A stretch of DNA of 64,000 bases from an uncultured Anaerolineales bacterium (GTDB taxonomy: Bacteria; Chloroflexota; Anaerolineae; Anaerolineales; UBA6663), in the NCBI GenBank assembly GCA_964608265.1, contig CAZSNP010000010.1:13959-77958 (forward strand), read 5' to 3'. Position 1 is the stretch's first letter; each line of letters starts with the position of its first letter. The translations under genes were made by a program, and so were the position numbers. Of this stretch, positions 8,697-18,133 are shown piece after piece. The notes beneath the pieces are model-generated. The model did no database searches and had not been told where the DNA came from. It worked only from the letters and a program-made list of their open reading frames with translations.

Positions 8697-9716
8697 TTGA
8701 CACTTCTCATCACCGGCGGGGCCGGCTTCATCGGCTGCAACCTTGCCCACTACTACCTGCGGCAGAAGAGGCCCGTCGTCATCTTCGACAACCTGTCGCG
8801 GCGCGGCACGCCGCACAACGTCGCCTGGCTGCGCGAACAACACGGCGCGGCGCTTGAGTTTGTTCAGGGTGATGTGCGCGATTTCGCGGCGGTGCAACGG
8901 GCGGCCGCCGACGCCGAGGTGATCTTCAACCTGGCGTCACAGGTGGCCGTGACGACATCGGTGGCTGATCCGCGGTCGGATTTTGAGATCAACGCGCTGG
9001 GCGCTTTCAACGTGCTCGAAGCGGCGCGGCTTTCGGGCCGCAACCCGGCGGTGATCTTCACCTCGACCAACAAGGTGTATGGGGGGATGGAGGATGCCCG
9101 TATCGAAGAGACGCCCGATGGCTATCGCTTCGCCGATTATCCCTTCGGCATTTCCGAGGAACGGCCACTCGATTTCCATTCGCCCTATGGTTGTTCGAAA
9201 GGATCGGCCGATCAATACGTCCGCGATTACGCCCGCATCTACGGCCTGCCCACCGTGGTCTTTCGCATGAGTTGCATCTATGGCCTGCGTCAATTCGGCA
9301 ACGAGGATCAGGGCTGGGTGGCGCATTTCGCCATTGCCGCCACCAAGGGCCGCCCGATCACGATTTACGGCGACGGCAAGCAGGTCCGCGATGTGCTGTT
9401 TGTGGATGACCTCGTGCGCGCGTTTGATTCAGCCCTCACCAATATCCAGCGGGTGAAGGGCGAGGTGTACAACCTGGGCGGCGGCCCAGAGAATGCCCTC
9501 GCCATTTGGGCCGAGTTCGGGCCGATGCTTGAGCGCTTGCTGGGCCGGCCCATTGCCGTCAATCACGGCGACTGGCGCCCGGGCGATCAGCGCGTCTACG
9601 TCAGCGACATCCGCAAGGCCGAACGTGACCTCGGCTGGCGGCCTGCCATCAGTAAAACCGAAGGCATCCGCCGGCTGGTGGAGTGGGTGCAGGCGGACCC
9701 GGATCGCTTCGTCTAG
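8697..9716 (+). CDS. NAD-dependent sugar-nucleotide epimerase/dehydratase (SDR family, CDP-paratose 2-epimerase-like)
   Basis: (M)TLLITGGAGFIGCNLAHYY Rossmann motif and the SPYGCSKGSADQY catalytic YxxxK. TTG start with GGAG about 9 nt upstream. Confidence 0.8.
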   Translation: MTLLITGGAGFIGCNLAHYYLRQKRPVVIFDNLSRRGTPHNVAWLREQHGAALEFVQGDVRDFAAVQRAAADAEVIFNLASQVAVTTSVADPRSDFEINALGAFNVLEAARLSGRNPAVIFTSTNKVYGGMEDARIEETPDGYRFADYPFGISEERPLDFHSPYGCSKGSADQYVRDYARIYGLPTVVFRMSCIYGLRQFGNEDQGWVAHFAIAATKGRPITIYGDGKQVRDVLFVDDLVRAFDSALTNIQRVKGEVYNLGGGPENALAIWAEFGPMLERLLGRPIAVNHGDWRPGDQRVYVSDIRKAERDLGWRPAISKTEGIRRLVEWVQADPDRFV

Positions 9717-9730
9717 CGACACAGCCTGTT

Positions 9731-9739
9731 TGGTAAAAT
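9731..9739 (+). promoter_or_regulatory. Second copy of the extended -10-like element TGgTAAAAT
   Basis: tttggtaaaattgctcaccgct at 9729-9750. It lies in the 189-nt gap ahead of the 18-kb glycosyltransferase operon but upstream of the hairpin at 9754-9782, so its role is ambiguous. Confidence 0.3.
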
Positions 9740-9753
9740 TGCTCACCGCTTGC

Positions 9754-9782
9754 AACCGCCTTCATTGAAGGCGGTTACTTTT
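9754..9782 (+). terminator. Intrinsic terminator-like hairpin after the epimerase gene
   Basis: Perfect 10-bp stem aaccgccttc (9754-9763) / gaaggcggtt (9767-9776), 3-nt loop, then actttt. Confidence 0.55.
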
Positions 9783-9905
9783 GACGATAGCAATCTGCTC
9801 CTCCCTTGAGGCAAGGCATCCTGAGCGGAGCGCGGCTGTTTTTGCCGCGTAGTCGAAGGAGTCATACACGGACGAGCAAGTTGCCCTAAGGACACAAATC
9901 AACGG

Positions 9906-10907
9906 ATGCCCTCTGAGTTGGCTTCGGTCATCATCACGAATTGGAATGGCCGCGCCCACCTGGAACGCTGCCTGCCTGGCCTGGCCAGTCAAAGCTATCG
10001 TCCGCTGGAAGTCATCCTTGTTGATAACGGCTCGACCGATGGCAGCACCGAGTGGGTAGCGCGGAATTTCCCGGACGTCCGCATCATCAGGAATGCCGAA
10101 AACCTGGGCTTTGCCACGGCCAACAATCAAGGCATCAACGAAGCGAGAGGAGACTATGTCGTTCTGCTCAACAATGACACTTGGGCGGAACCGGACTGGT
10201 TGCTCCACCTGGTACAGGCGGTGAGAACCGACGCTGGTATTGGGATGGTGGCGTCCAAGATGCTATATGCCGATCAACCCGAGGTGATCAACTCAGCTGG
10301 GATATGTGTTGATCGGTGCGGCATTACGTGGGAGCGGCGCACCGGCGAACGCGATAACCCTCGGGAGGCCGAATTGCAGGAGGTCTTTGGCCCGTCGGCT
10401 GGGGCGGGGCTGTATCGCCGGACGATGCTGGATGAAGTGGGATTGTTCGATGACGACTTCTTCATCTATCTTGAAGATGTGGATCTGGCCTGGCGGGCGC
10501 GGTGGTTGGGCTGGCGGGCGGTATTCGCGCCGCAGGCTCGGGTCTTTCATGTTCACTCGGCCACGATGGAAGAAGGTTCGCCGCGCAAGACGCGGTTGCT
10601 GGCGCAGAACAAGATCAGCCTGTTGCTGCGCAATTATCCCTGGCCGTACGGGTTGTGGTACTTACCGTTGATTATGTTCTACGAACTCCTGTCATTGGGT
10701 CATGCCGTATGGAACGGGCGCGGTGTCAGCGCGGTGATGGGCCGGCTCGCCGGAGCGCGCCGGATTCCGCGCTCACTGGCCCAGCGCCGTCGAACTCAGC
10801 GTCAGGCGAGAGTCCCCGCCCGGTCGGCCCTGGACTGGCTTGAGCCGGTTCGCTGGCCGTGGCAAGTTGCGGGGCAGGTTCGCCACATCGGCGCGGGCAA
10901 ATCCTGA
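9906..10907 (+). CDS. Glycosyltransferase family 2
   Basis: SVIITNWNGRAHLERCLPGL...ILVDNGSTDGS...NLGFATANNQG...VVLLNNDT and the downstream YLEDVDLAWRARWLGW block typical of rhamnosyl-type GT2 enzymes. Confidence 0.85.
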   Translation: MPSELASVIITNWNGRAHLERCLPGLASQSYRPLEVILVDNGSTDGSTEWVARNFPDVRIIRNAENLGFATANNQGINEARGDYVVLLNNDTWAEPDWLLHLVQAVRTDAGIGMVASKMLYADQPEVINSAGICVDRCGITWERRTGERDNPREAELQEVFGPSAGAGLYRRTMLDEVGLFDDDFFIYLEDVDLAWRARWLGWRAVFAPQARVFHVHSATMEEGSPRKTRLLAQNKISLLLRNYPWPYGLWYLPLIMFYELLSLGHAVWNGRGVSAVMGRLAGARRIPRSLAQRRRTQRQARVPARSALDWLEPVRWPWQVAGQVRHIGAGKS

Positions 10908-10913
10908 ACGAAC

Positions 10914-12284
10914 GTGGCTCGCATACGCACCCTCGTCCTCTATACGGCCGATGTCTGGGGCAGCGCCTGCCCGATACTCAGGGTAGTCGGCCCCGCCCAA
11001 CAGTTGGGCTGGCAGGTGATCCAGGGAAATGAATGGCAGCCGCAGCCCCAACGGCTGGTGTGGCTTTCGCTGGAGGCAATAGCGGCCGCCGACGTTGTCG
11101 TCATCCAGCGTGATTTTCCGCGCTACGTCGAAGCCTACGCCCAGGTGATGGCAGCCGCCCGCGCTGCGGATAAGCCAGTCGTGTACGAGCTGGATGACAT
11201 CCTGTTGGAGACTCCCGCCGAGCATCCTTTCGCGTGGTATTACGACCCGGTCCGCCTTCGGTTATTGCGAGCGATGTTTGAAGCCGATGCCGTGACGGTC
11301 AGCACTCCCCAACTCCGCGACTATGTGCAACCAATCAACGGAAACGTTCACCTGTTGCCAAATTGCCTCAACGAGAGTCTGTGGTTGCGGAATGGCGTTC
11401 AGCCCGCGAATCGCAACCCAGCCGCCCCAGTCGTCATCGGCTATATGGGCGGGCACACGCATGCGCCCGATGTCGCCACGCTACTGCCGGTGTTCGGCCG
11501 GCTGCTGGATCGGTACGGTGACCGGTTGCAACTGACATTCTTCGGTAGCACGCCGCCACCACCCGAACTGCAGTCGCATGCACAGGTCCGCTGGGACCGT
11601 TTCGACCGGGTTGACTACGCCGAGTTTGCACGCTACTTCGCGCAGGTCGTCTGTGATATTTTTGTTGCGCCGCTGCTCGACCACGTTTTCAACCGTTTCA
11701 AAAGCGCGATCAAGTTCATCGAGTACAGCGCGCTCAGCGTGCCGGGCGTTTACAGCCGCGTCCCTGCGTACCAGGCTGTCATCCGCCACGGCGTGAACGG
11801 CTTTCTGGCTTCGGAGCCGGAGGAGTGGGAGTCCAGCTTGACCGTGTTGATCGAGCAACCGGAACTGCGGACGCAGATTGGGCGATGTGCGTTGCAGACC
11901 GCGCGCCAGGATTGGTCACTGGCGCGTTGGGCGCCCGAATGGCAACGGGTGTTTGAGTCGGTAAGGCCAGGTCAACCTGCTCTTCTGCCCGCTCCGGCGC
12001 AATCGGCCTGGGCCCGAGCCGAGGCGTGGTGGGATGATGAGATCGCGCGTCTCTACGGCACCCTTGAGCTACAGCGGGAGACCGAACGGCAGGCGCAACG
12101 ACACCTGGCGGACTTGCATCGGCGAGAACAGGATTTGGCGGCGCTGCGACAAAGCCCAGGCTGGCAGTTGATACAGATGTTGTGGCCGCTCCGATTGCAG
12201 CTGGTGCCCGTTGGAAGCCGGCGCGAACGCCTCGCGCTCAAAGTGATCGAGGCCCTGCGTCGCTTCGCTGCCCGGTCAGGTTGA
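10914..12284 (+). CDS. GT-B-fold glycosyltransferase (GT1/GT4-like) with a C-terminal coiled-coil segment
   Basis: C-terminal GT-B block FVAPLLDHVFNRFKSAIKFIEYSALSVPGVYSRVPAYQAVIRHGVNGFLA. The last ~90 aa (WWDDEIARLYGTLELQRETERQAQRHLADLHRREQDLAALRQ) look coiled-coil. GTG start 6 nt after the upstream stop. Confidence 0.65.
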   Translation: MARIRTLVLYTADVWGSACPILRVVGPAQQLGWQVIQGNEWQPQPQRLVWLSLEAIAAADVVVIQRDFPRYVEAYAQVMAAARAADKPVVYELDDILLETPAEHPFAWYYDPVRLRLLRAMFEADAVTVSTPQLRDYVQPINGNVHLLPNCLNESLWLRNGVQPANRNPAAPVVIGYMGGHTHAPDVATLLPVFGRLLDRYGDRLQLTFFGSTPPPPELQSHAQVRWDRFDRVDYAEFARYFAQVVCDIFVAPLLDHVFNRFKSAIKFIEYSALSVPGVYSRVPAYQAVIRHGVNGFLASEPEEWESSLTVLIEQPELRTQIGRCALQTARQDWSLARWAPEWQRVFESVRPGQPALLPAPAQSAWARAEAWWDDEIARLYGTLELQRETERQAQRHLADLHRREQDLAALRQSPGWQLIQMLWPLRLQLVPVGSRRERLALKVIEALRRFAARSG

Positions 12285-12302
12285 GCCGAGCCTGATAACC
12301 CC

Positions 12303-14702
12303 ATGCGCCCATTGCCGGTCGTAACCGTCATCGTTCTCAACTACAACGGTCTGCATCACTTGCAGGCTTGTTTCGCCTCGCTGGCCAGGTTGGAGTATCC
12401 GGCTGACAGATTGGAACTGATGCTGGTAGACAACGCCTCAACCGATGGGTCGGTGGACTACGTCCAGACGAACTACCCGCACGTCACGATCATACGCAAT
12501 GCGTCGAACCTCGGCTTTGCGCCGGCCAACAATCGCGGCGCTCGCGAAGCGCGCGGGCAGTTCGTTGTTTTTCTCAACAACGATATGGTCGTTGAGCCGG
12601 GATTTGTTGAGGGTATGGTTGAAGCCCTGCAGACACATCCACAGGCGGTCTGCGCCGGCGCGAAAATCCTGAACTGGGATGGCACTCAATTCGATTTCGC
12701 CGGCGCCGCCGCCCACTTCATCGGCTATGCCTATCAGGTCGACCTCGGCAAGCCCTTTGATGCGGCCAAACATGCCGAGGTCAAGCCGATCCTCTACGCC
12801 TGCGGCGGGGCGATGCTCATTGACCGGCAGGTATTTCTCGACGTCGGTGGCTTTGATGAAGACTACTTTATTTACTATGAGGATCTGGATCTGGGCTGGC
12901 GTTTATGGGTGTTGGGCCACGAGGTTGTGTTCGCGCCCAACGCCGTCGCGAAGCACCGCCACCACGGAACGATGGATGGCTTCTCCAACTATCGCAAGCG
13001 GGTGCTCTATCAACGCAACGTACTGAGCTCGGCCATGAAGAACTATGACGATGTGAACATGCCCCGCGTGATGGCGGCGGCCCTGCTCGGGACAGTCAAC
13101 GGAGTTGTCGGTCAGGCCTCGCAGCGCGGCCAGCTTGATTTTAGCGACTATGACATTCGCGGGCGAGGGAGTTCACAACCAGCCACAGCGCTGAACGCGC
13201 GTGAAATGGCCTCCCTGGTCGCCGTCCACGAGGTCGTCGAACGCCTGCCGCAACTGATGGAAAAGCGGCGGCGTATTCAAGCGGCGCGCCGGCGCAGCGA
13301 CGCTGAAGTCGCCGGTCGCTTCCGCTGGCCCTTCCGCGCCTGGCTGGACGTTGATCCGCAGACACAGTATCGTGTGGCCAATGCCTTCGGCGTCACCGAG
13401 ATTTTCCAGGGTTTGCCGCGCCGGGTGCTCGTCATCAGTTCAGATATCCTCCCGTACCCCGGGTTGCCAACGGTTGGCTCTGGGCTGCGGGCTTGGGGCT
13501 TAGGGCAGGGTCTGGCCAGCCGAGGCCACGAGGTTGTTTTCTCCATGCCGCGCGCGGCGCTGGCTGGCCGCGAACATTTGGTAGCCCGCGACGTGGCCGG
13601 CCGGGCCTGGGAACATCACACCCTGTTGACCATCGTGCGCGATGTTGATCCCGAAGCCGTGGTCGTGTGCAACTGGCCAATCCTCGACATGCTGCCATCT
13701 GAGGGCCTGAGCATACCGATCATTTTGGATCAGCACGGTCCGCACCTGTTGGAAAGGCAATATCAGAACTTCGGTGATGCGGACGACAACACCCGTGGCA
13801 AGCTGAATGCGTTGCGCAAAGCGGATTTTTTCACCTGTGCCGGTCACAAGCAGCTTGAGTATTTCAAGGGGTGGCTGGCTCGAGCTGGCTGGTCGGAAGC
13901 TGAGATCCGGGATCAGGCAGCCGCAATTCCCGTCTCGCTGTCGCCCGATCTGCCTGAGCGCCATCCGGCAGCGGAGTTGACCTTCGTCTACGGGGGTGTC
14001 TTCCTGCCGTGGCAGGATCCGTCAGCTGCCCTGACGGCCCTGGTGGATGAGTTGGATCTCCGGGGCACGGGCTTGCTCTATTTTTTCGGGGGCAAGCATC
14101 CCGTGTACCCAATTGATTCGGGCATCTTCCAGACACTGCATGACAAGTTGCAACGGAGTGATCGCGTCGTAGCGCCCGGGATGGTTGCGCACGATACGCT
14201 ATTGAGACACTACGCGACCGCCCATGTGGCCGTGGATGTGATGAAACGCAACCCGGAGCGCGAGTTGGCGTTCACGACTCGAACAGTAGAGTACCTATGG
14301 TGCGGCGTGCCCGTGATCTACCATGACTATGCCGAACTGTCGGCGTACCTACAGGAATACGAAGCTGGCTGGCTGGTCAATCCCGAGGATAAGGCCGCCC
14401 TCATCAATACCATCCGCCATATCATTGATCATCCGGATGAGGTGGCGGCCCGCAGTCGAAACGCCCAACGGCTGGTGCGCGATCGTTTGACCTGGGAAAA
14501 AACCATCACCCCCCTCGACGGCTTTGTTCGGCAACCGCGGATGCGTTTACATCCTCCAACTGGACGAAGCCTCATGGCCAGCACGGCAGAAGAAGCAAGA
14601 TATCTTCTGAGTGTGGCTTGGAAGCTCTATCGCCAAAAAGGCCCAACCACACTTTGGCGCGAAGGCTGGACGTATCTGCGCCGACGGTTTTCTGTTGGGT
14701 GA
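12303..14702 (+). CDS. Bifunctional glycosyltransferase: N-terminal GT2 domain fused to a C-terminal GT-B module
   Basis: N-terminal VTVIVLNYNGLHHLQACFASL...LVDNASTDGS...NLGFAPANN...FLNNDM...YYEDLDLGWRLW. From about aa 373 a second module, RVLVISSDILPYPGLPTVGSGLRAWGLGQGLASRGHEV...ELAFTTRTVEYLWCGVPVIYHDYAELS, is paralogous to the free-standing gene at 16750-18105. Confidence 0.8.
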   Translation: MRPLPVVTVIVLNYNGLHHLQACFASLARLEYPADRLELMLVDNASTDGSVDYVQTNYPHVTIIRNASNLGFAPANNRGAREARGQFVVFLNNDMVVEPGFVEGMVEALQTHPQAVCAGAKILNWDGTQFDFAGAAAHFIGYAYQVDLGKPFDAAKHAEVKPILYACGGAMLIDRQVFLDVGGFDEDYFIYYEDLDLGWRLWVLGHEVVFAPNAVAKHRHHGTMDGFSNYRKRVLYQRNVLSSAMKNYDDVNMPRVMAAALLGTVNGVVGQASQRGQLDFSDYDIRGRGSSQPATALNAREMASLVAVHEVVERLPQLMEKRRRIQAARRRSDAEVAGRFRWPFRAWLDVDPQTQYRVANAFGVTEIFQGLPRRVLVISSDILPYPGLPTVGSGLRAWGLGQGLASRGHEVVFSMPRAALAGREHLVARDVAGRAWEHHTLLTIVRDVDPEAVVVCNWPILDMLPSEGLSIPIILDQHGPHLLERQYQNFGDADDNTRGKLNALRKADFFTCAGHKQLEYFKGWLARAGWSEAEIRDQAAAIPVSLSPDLPERHPAAELTFVYGGVFLPWQDPSAALTALVDELDLRGTGLLYFFGGKHPVYPIDSGIFQTLHDKLQRSDRVVAPGMVAHDTLLRHYATAHVAVDVMKRNPERELAFTTRTVEYLWCGVPVIYHDYAELSAYLQEYEAGWLVNPEDKAALINTIRHIIDHPDEVAARSRNAQRLVRDRLTWEKTITPLDGFVRQPRMRLHPPTGRSLMASTAEEARYLLSVAWKLYRQKGPTTLWREGWTYLRRRFSVG

Positions 14703-14727
14703 GAGTGTCAATAGCAAGGAGACGAGT

Positions 14728-15714
14728 ATGGCCAAAGCCCTTGTGACCGGAGCTGCGGGCTTTATTGGTTCACATGTTACGGCGCACCTGCTCAAACTCG
14801 GCTTCGAGGTTACGGCCCTGGATGACCTGAGTGGTGGCTACCAAGAAAACGTGCCGCAATCCGCCCGCTGGGTGCAGGGCTCGGTCACGGACGTTTCTCT
14901 TCTGACTCGCCTGTTTCAGGAATCGCAATTCGACTACGTCTATCACTTGGCAGCCTACGCCGCCGAAGGCCTGAGCCACTTTATTCGCCGCTTCAATTAT
15001 GAGACAAACCTGATCGGCTCAATCAACCTGATTAACCTCAGTGTGCTTCACAATGTGAAGTGTTTTGTGTTCACCTCCTCGATTGCCGTTTACGGGGCCA
15101 ATCAGTTGCCGATGGTCGAGAGTCTGACCCCCCAACCCGAGGACCCGTACGGCGTTTCAAAATATGCCGTCGAGTTGGATCTGAAGGCCGCCCACCATCA
15201 GTTCGGGTTGAACTATATTGTCTTTCGCCCGCACAATGTCTACGGCGAACATCAGAACATTGGCGACAAATATCGCAATGTCATCGGCATCTTCATGAAC
15301 CAGATTCTCTCCGGCCAGGCGCTGACGGTGTTTGGCGACGGCGAGCAAACCCGGGCGTTTTCGTATATCGATGACGTGGCGCCGGTGATCGCCCGCTCGG
15401 TGCTCAACCCGACAGCCTATGGGGAGGTCTTCAATGTCGGAGGCGATACGCCCTACACCGTCAATCAACTGATCCGGGTGACGTCGGACGCGTTTGGCGT
15501 CACGCCGCAAGTCAACTATCTGCCCGCGCGCAACGAAGTGAAACACGCCTACTCGTCGCATGATAAAGTGCGTGAAATCCTGGATGTGCCGCCGCCCATC
15601 CCGCTGGAGGACGGCATCGCGCGGATGGCGACCTGGGTCAAACGTGTCGGCAGTCGCAAGACCCGGGACTTCGCCAATATCGAAATCGCGCGCGGCCTGC
15701 CGGCTGGATGGTGA
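14728..15714 (+). CDS. NAD-dependent sugar-nucleotide epimerase/dehydratase (SDR family)
   Basis: AAGGAG lies 7 nt upstream of the ATG at 14728. MAKALVTGAAGFIGSHV Rossmann motif and DPYGVSKYAVE (YxxxK). The longer track ORF (14611) overlaps the upstream gene and lacks an RBS. Confidence 0.85.
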   Translation: MAKALVTGAAGFIGSHVTAHLLKLGFEVTALDDLSGGYQENVPQSARWVQGSVTDVSLLTRLFQESQFDYVYHLAAYAAEGLSHFIRRFNYETNLIGSINLINLSVLHNVKCFVFTSSIAVYGANQLPMVESLTPQPEDPYGVSKYAVELDLKAAHHQFGLNYIVFRPHNVYGEHQNIGDKYRNVIGIFMNQILSGQALTVFGDGEQTRAFSYIDDVAPVIARSVLNPTAYGEVFNVGGDTPYTVNQLIRVTSDAFGVTPQVNYLPARNEVKHAYSSHDKVREILDVPPPIPLEDGIARMATWVKRVGSRKTRDFANIEIARGLPAGW

Positions 15715-16710
15715 GTGGATGATCGTATGAAGGAGTGGCACAAAGAGGCATTTGCCGAGCATGAAGTCGAGCGTTTGTCACACTGTGATCAATGCGGCGC
15801 TGCGACCAGCGCAGCGCACTACCTGTTCACGAAGTACGGTCTGCGCGTCGAGCGTTGCCATCAGTGCGGTCTCATGTATGTGAACCCACGGCTGCGCCGG
15901 GATATCCTTTGGCAGCGCTATGCTGACGAGTATTTTCAGAACGAGTATCTTCCCCAGCACGGGTTGTATGATGAGCAACGCAACTATGATCGATTTGCGC
16001 CGATACTCAAGTCGATCGAGAATTTCCGCCCCAAATCGGGACGGCTCTTTGAATTTGGCGCGGCGATTGGATTGTTTCTGGCCGCCGCTCGCAGGGCGGG
16101 CTGGGAGGTCGCTGGTAACGAGTTGAGTCAATTCGCAGCCGATTACGCCTGGCGCACTTTTGGAATCTCGATCGTGCCCGGGGCGGCAGAGACGCTTGAC
16201 CTGCCCGGCGCAGCCTATGATGCAGTTACTATGTTCGAGACGATTGAGCATGTTCGCTCGCCGCGCCTCGTTCTGCACCAGGCAGCCAAAATCCTGCGTC
16301 CAGGTGGACTCTTGGTGCTCTCAACGCCGAACATCGGCGGCTTGTCGTATTTCTTTTTGCGCAGCCGATGGTGGATTGTTGCGCCCAGGGAACATATCTT
16401 TTATTTCTCCCCGGGGACGGTACGCCATGCTCTGACGGAGGCCGGCTTTCGCGTTGCGCGTATTGACACCTCTGGCACTGACCTTTATTACTTCTACAAT
16501 ACTCTGATGGGTCGAAACGTCATGCCGAGGCATATTCGCGAGACAGGCGCAGCTGCCTCATCTGGCGATGATGGGCGTCACCTTGCGACGGCGGGCGCCG
16601 CCCGCTCGCTTTGGTCTCGGCTGGAGCCGCAGGTGATTCCTTTCCTTCAGAACATAGTCCATCAGCTCAAACTTGCGGACACCTTGTTTGTCTATGCGAT
16701 TCGATCGTAA
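15715..16710 (+). CDS. Class I SAM-dependent methyltransferase with an N-terminal CxxC...CxxC zinc-ribbon
   Basis: CDQCGAA...CHQCGLMYVNP zinc ribbon. Motif I LFEFGAAIGLFLAAARRAGW, plus DAVTMFETIEHVRSP and GGLLVLSTPN. The start is 15715 (GTG) or 15727 (ATG). Confidence 0.8.
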   Translation: MDDRMKEWHKEAFAEHEVERLSHCDQCGAATSAAHYLFTKYGLRVERCHQCGLMYVNPRLRRDILWQRYADEYFQNEYLPQHGLYDEQRNYDRFAPILKSIENFRPKSGRLFEFGAAIGLFLAAARRAGWEVAGNELSQFAADYAWRTFGISIVPGAAETLDLPGAAYDAVTMFETIEHVRSPRLVLHQAAKILRPGGLLVLSTPNIGGLSYFFLRSRWWIVAPREHIFYFSPGTVRHALTEAGFRVARIDTSGTDLYYFYNTLMGRNVMPRHIRETGAAASSGDDGRHLATAGAARSLWSRLEPQVIPFLQNIVHQLKLADTLFVYAIRS

Positions 16711-16749
16711 GCGCCTCCGCCGAATTGGTAGCGAGGCGATCGACCGTTC

Positions 16750-18105
16750 ATGACCCAGCGCGTACTGGTCATCTCTGGCGACGTGCTGCCTTTGCCCGGC
16801 TATCCGACCACGGGTGCCGGACTCCGGGCCTGGGGTTTGGGGCAGGGGTTGCGGGCGAATGGGTTTGAGGTGGCCTTCTCGATGCCCAGGCTCGCCTGGC
16901 GGGCGGAACTGACTGCGCCGTTGGATTTTGAGCTTGACTTGTGGGAACACCACGCCATGGCCGACATGATAGCCGGCCTGCGACCGGAGGCAGTGGTGTT
17001 TTGCCATTGGCCCGCAGTCCAGATTCCAGGCCGACTCGACGTGCCCACGGTGCTGGACTTCCACGGCCCGCATATGCTGGAGCGAATGTTTCAGAGCCAC
17101 GGCGAGGCCGGGGCCAATGCCATTGACAAGATTCGGGCATTGCGCAAAATCGACTATTTCATTTGCCCCGCGCACAAACAGCGACCCTATTTCTGGACCT
17201 GGCTCATGCTGAGCGGATTTGATCTCACCTCGGTGCAGCTGGACGTTGTGCCGGTCTGCCTGTCGCCTGAACTGCCCGCGCGGGTGGCGGAGCCTGTAGA
17301 GCCGGAGTTCGTCTTCGGCGGTGTCTATCTGCCGTGGCAGGACCCGACTCGAGCCTTGCGAGTCGTCGCCCGGACTCTGGCCGCCCGTGGGCGAGGCCGA
17401 TTGGAAATCTACGGTGGCCGTCACCCCAACTACCCGATTGCGGTGCCGCCCCAGTTCGAGGCGCTCGAGCGAGACCTCGCCACTAATCCACGGGTGAGTT
17501 TTCATGGCATGCGACCGCACCGTGAACTCGTCGAGCGTTATACTGGCGCTACCGTTGCGGTTGACCTCATGTCGCGCAACCCGGAGCGAGAACTGGCCTT
17601 CACCACACGCACGGTCGAATACTTGTGGTGCGGCTTGCCAGTGATTTACAATGACTATGCTGAACTGGCCGGCCCCATTCGCGACTACGATGCAGGCTGG
17701 GTCCTTGATCCGGAGGACGAGGCAGGGATGCAACGCACCGTGGACGAGATCTTCGATGCGCCGGAAACGGTCAGGGTGAAGGCCCGGAATGGGCAGCGGT
17801 TGGTGCGCGAAAAGCTGGCGTGGGACCGAGCCGTTGCGCCGCTCGTGAAGTACCTGCACGCACCGGCTCGGCAATTGCCGGCCGGCGATCTGCCGGCCTT
17901 TGTGGCCGGCGAGCTAGGCGTGATGAACTATTGGTCGCGAGCACCGTCGCGCTCTTTGCGTTCGATGTGGTCGACCGCGCGCCAGCTGTACGCGATAGGC
18001 GGCTGGCGACACTTAGCCGGCGAGAGCGTGAATTTCGTGAAACGGGGAATAGCGCGCACGCGTCACGGCCAGAGCCGCCGCGGCGTATATGCGTCAGAGG
18101 ATTGA
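16750..18105 (+). CDS. GT-B-fold glycosyltransferase, paralog of the C-terminal module of 12303-14702
   Basis: RVLVISGDVLPLPGYPTTGAGLRAWGLGQGLRANGFEV and ELAFTTRTVEYLWCGLPVIYNDYAELA are nearly identical at the protein level to blocks in 12303-14702. Confidence 0.75.
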   Translation: MTQRVLVISGDVLPLPGYPTTGAGLRAWGLGQGLRANGFEVAFSMPRLAWRAELTAPLDFELDLWEHHAMADMIAGLRPEAVVFCHWPAVQIPGRLDVPTVLDFHGPHMLERMFQSHGEAGANAIDKIRALRKIDYFICPAHKQRPYFWTWLMLSGFDLTSVQLDVVPVCLSPELPARVAEPVEPEFVFGGVYLPWQDPTRALRVVARTLAARGRGRLEIYGGRHPNYPIAVPPQFEALERDLATNPRVSFHGMRPHRELVERYTGATVAVDLMSRNPERELAFTTRTVEYLWCGLPVIYNDYAELAGPIRDYDAGWVLDPEDEAGMQRTVDEIFDAPETVRVKARNGQRLVREKLAWDRAVAPLVKYLHAPARQLPAGDLPAFVAGELGVMNYWSRAPSRSLRSMWSTARQLYAIGGWRHLAGESVNFVKRGIARTRHGQSRRGVYASED

Positions 18106-18133
18106 GTTGAGTCTTTGGAACAGATGAGGTTTG

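Noticed and set aside
16558-17874. 438-aa minus-strand ORF antisense to the methyltransferase and GT-B genes
   Set aside because: For the same reason: the plus-strand products have recognisable motifs and the antisense product has none.
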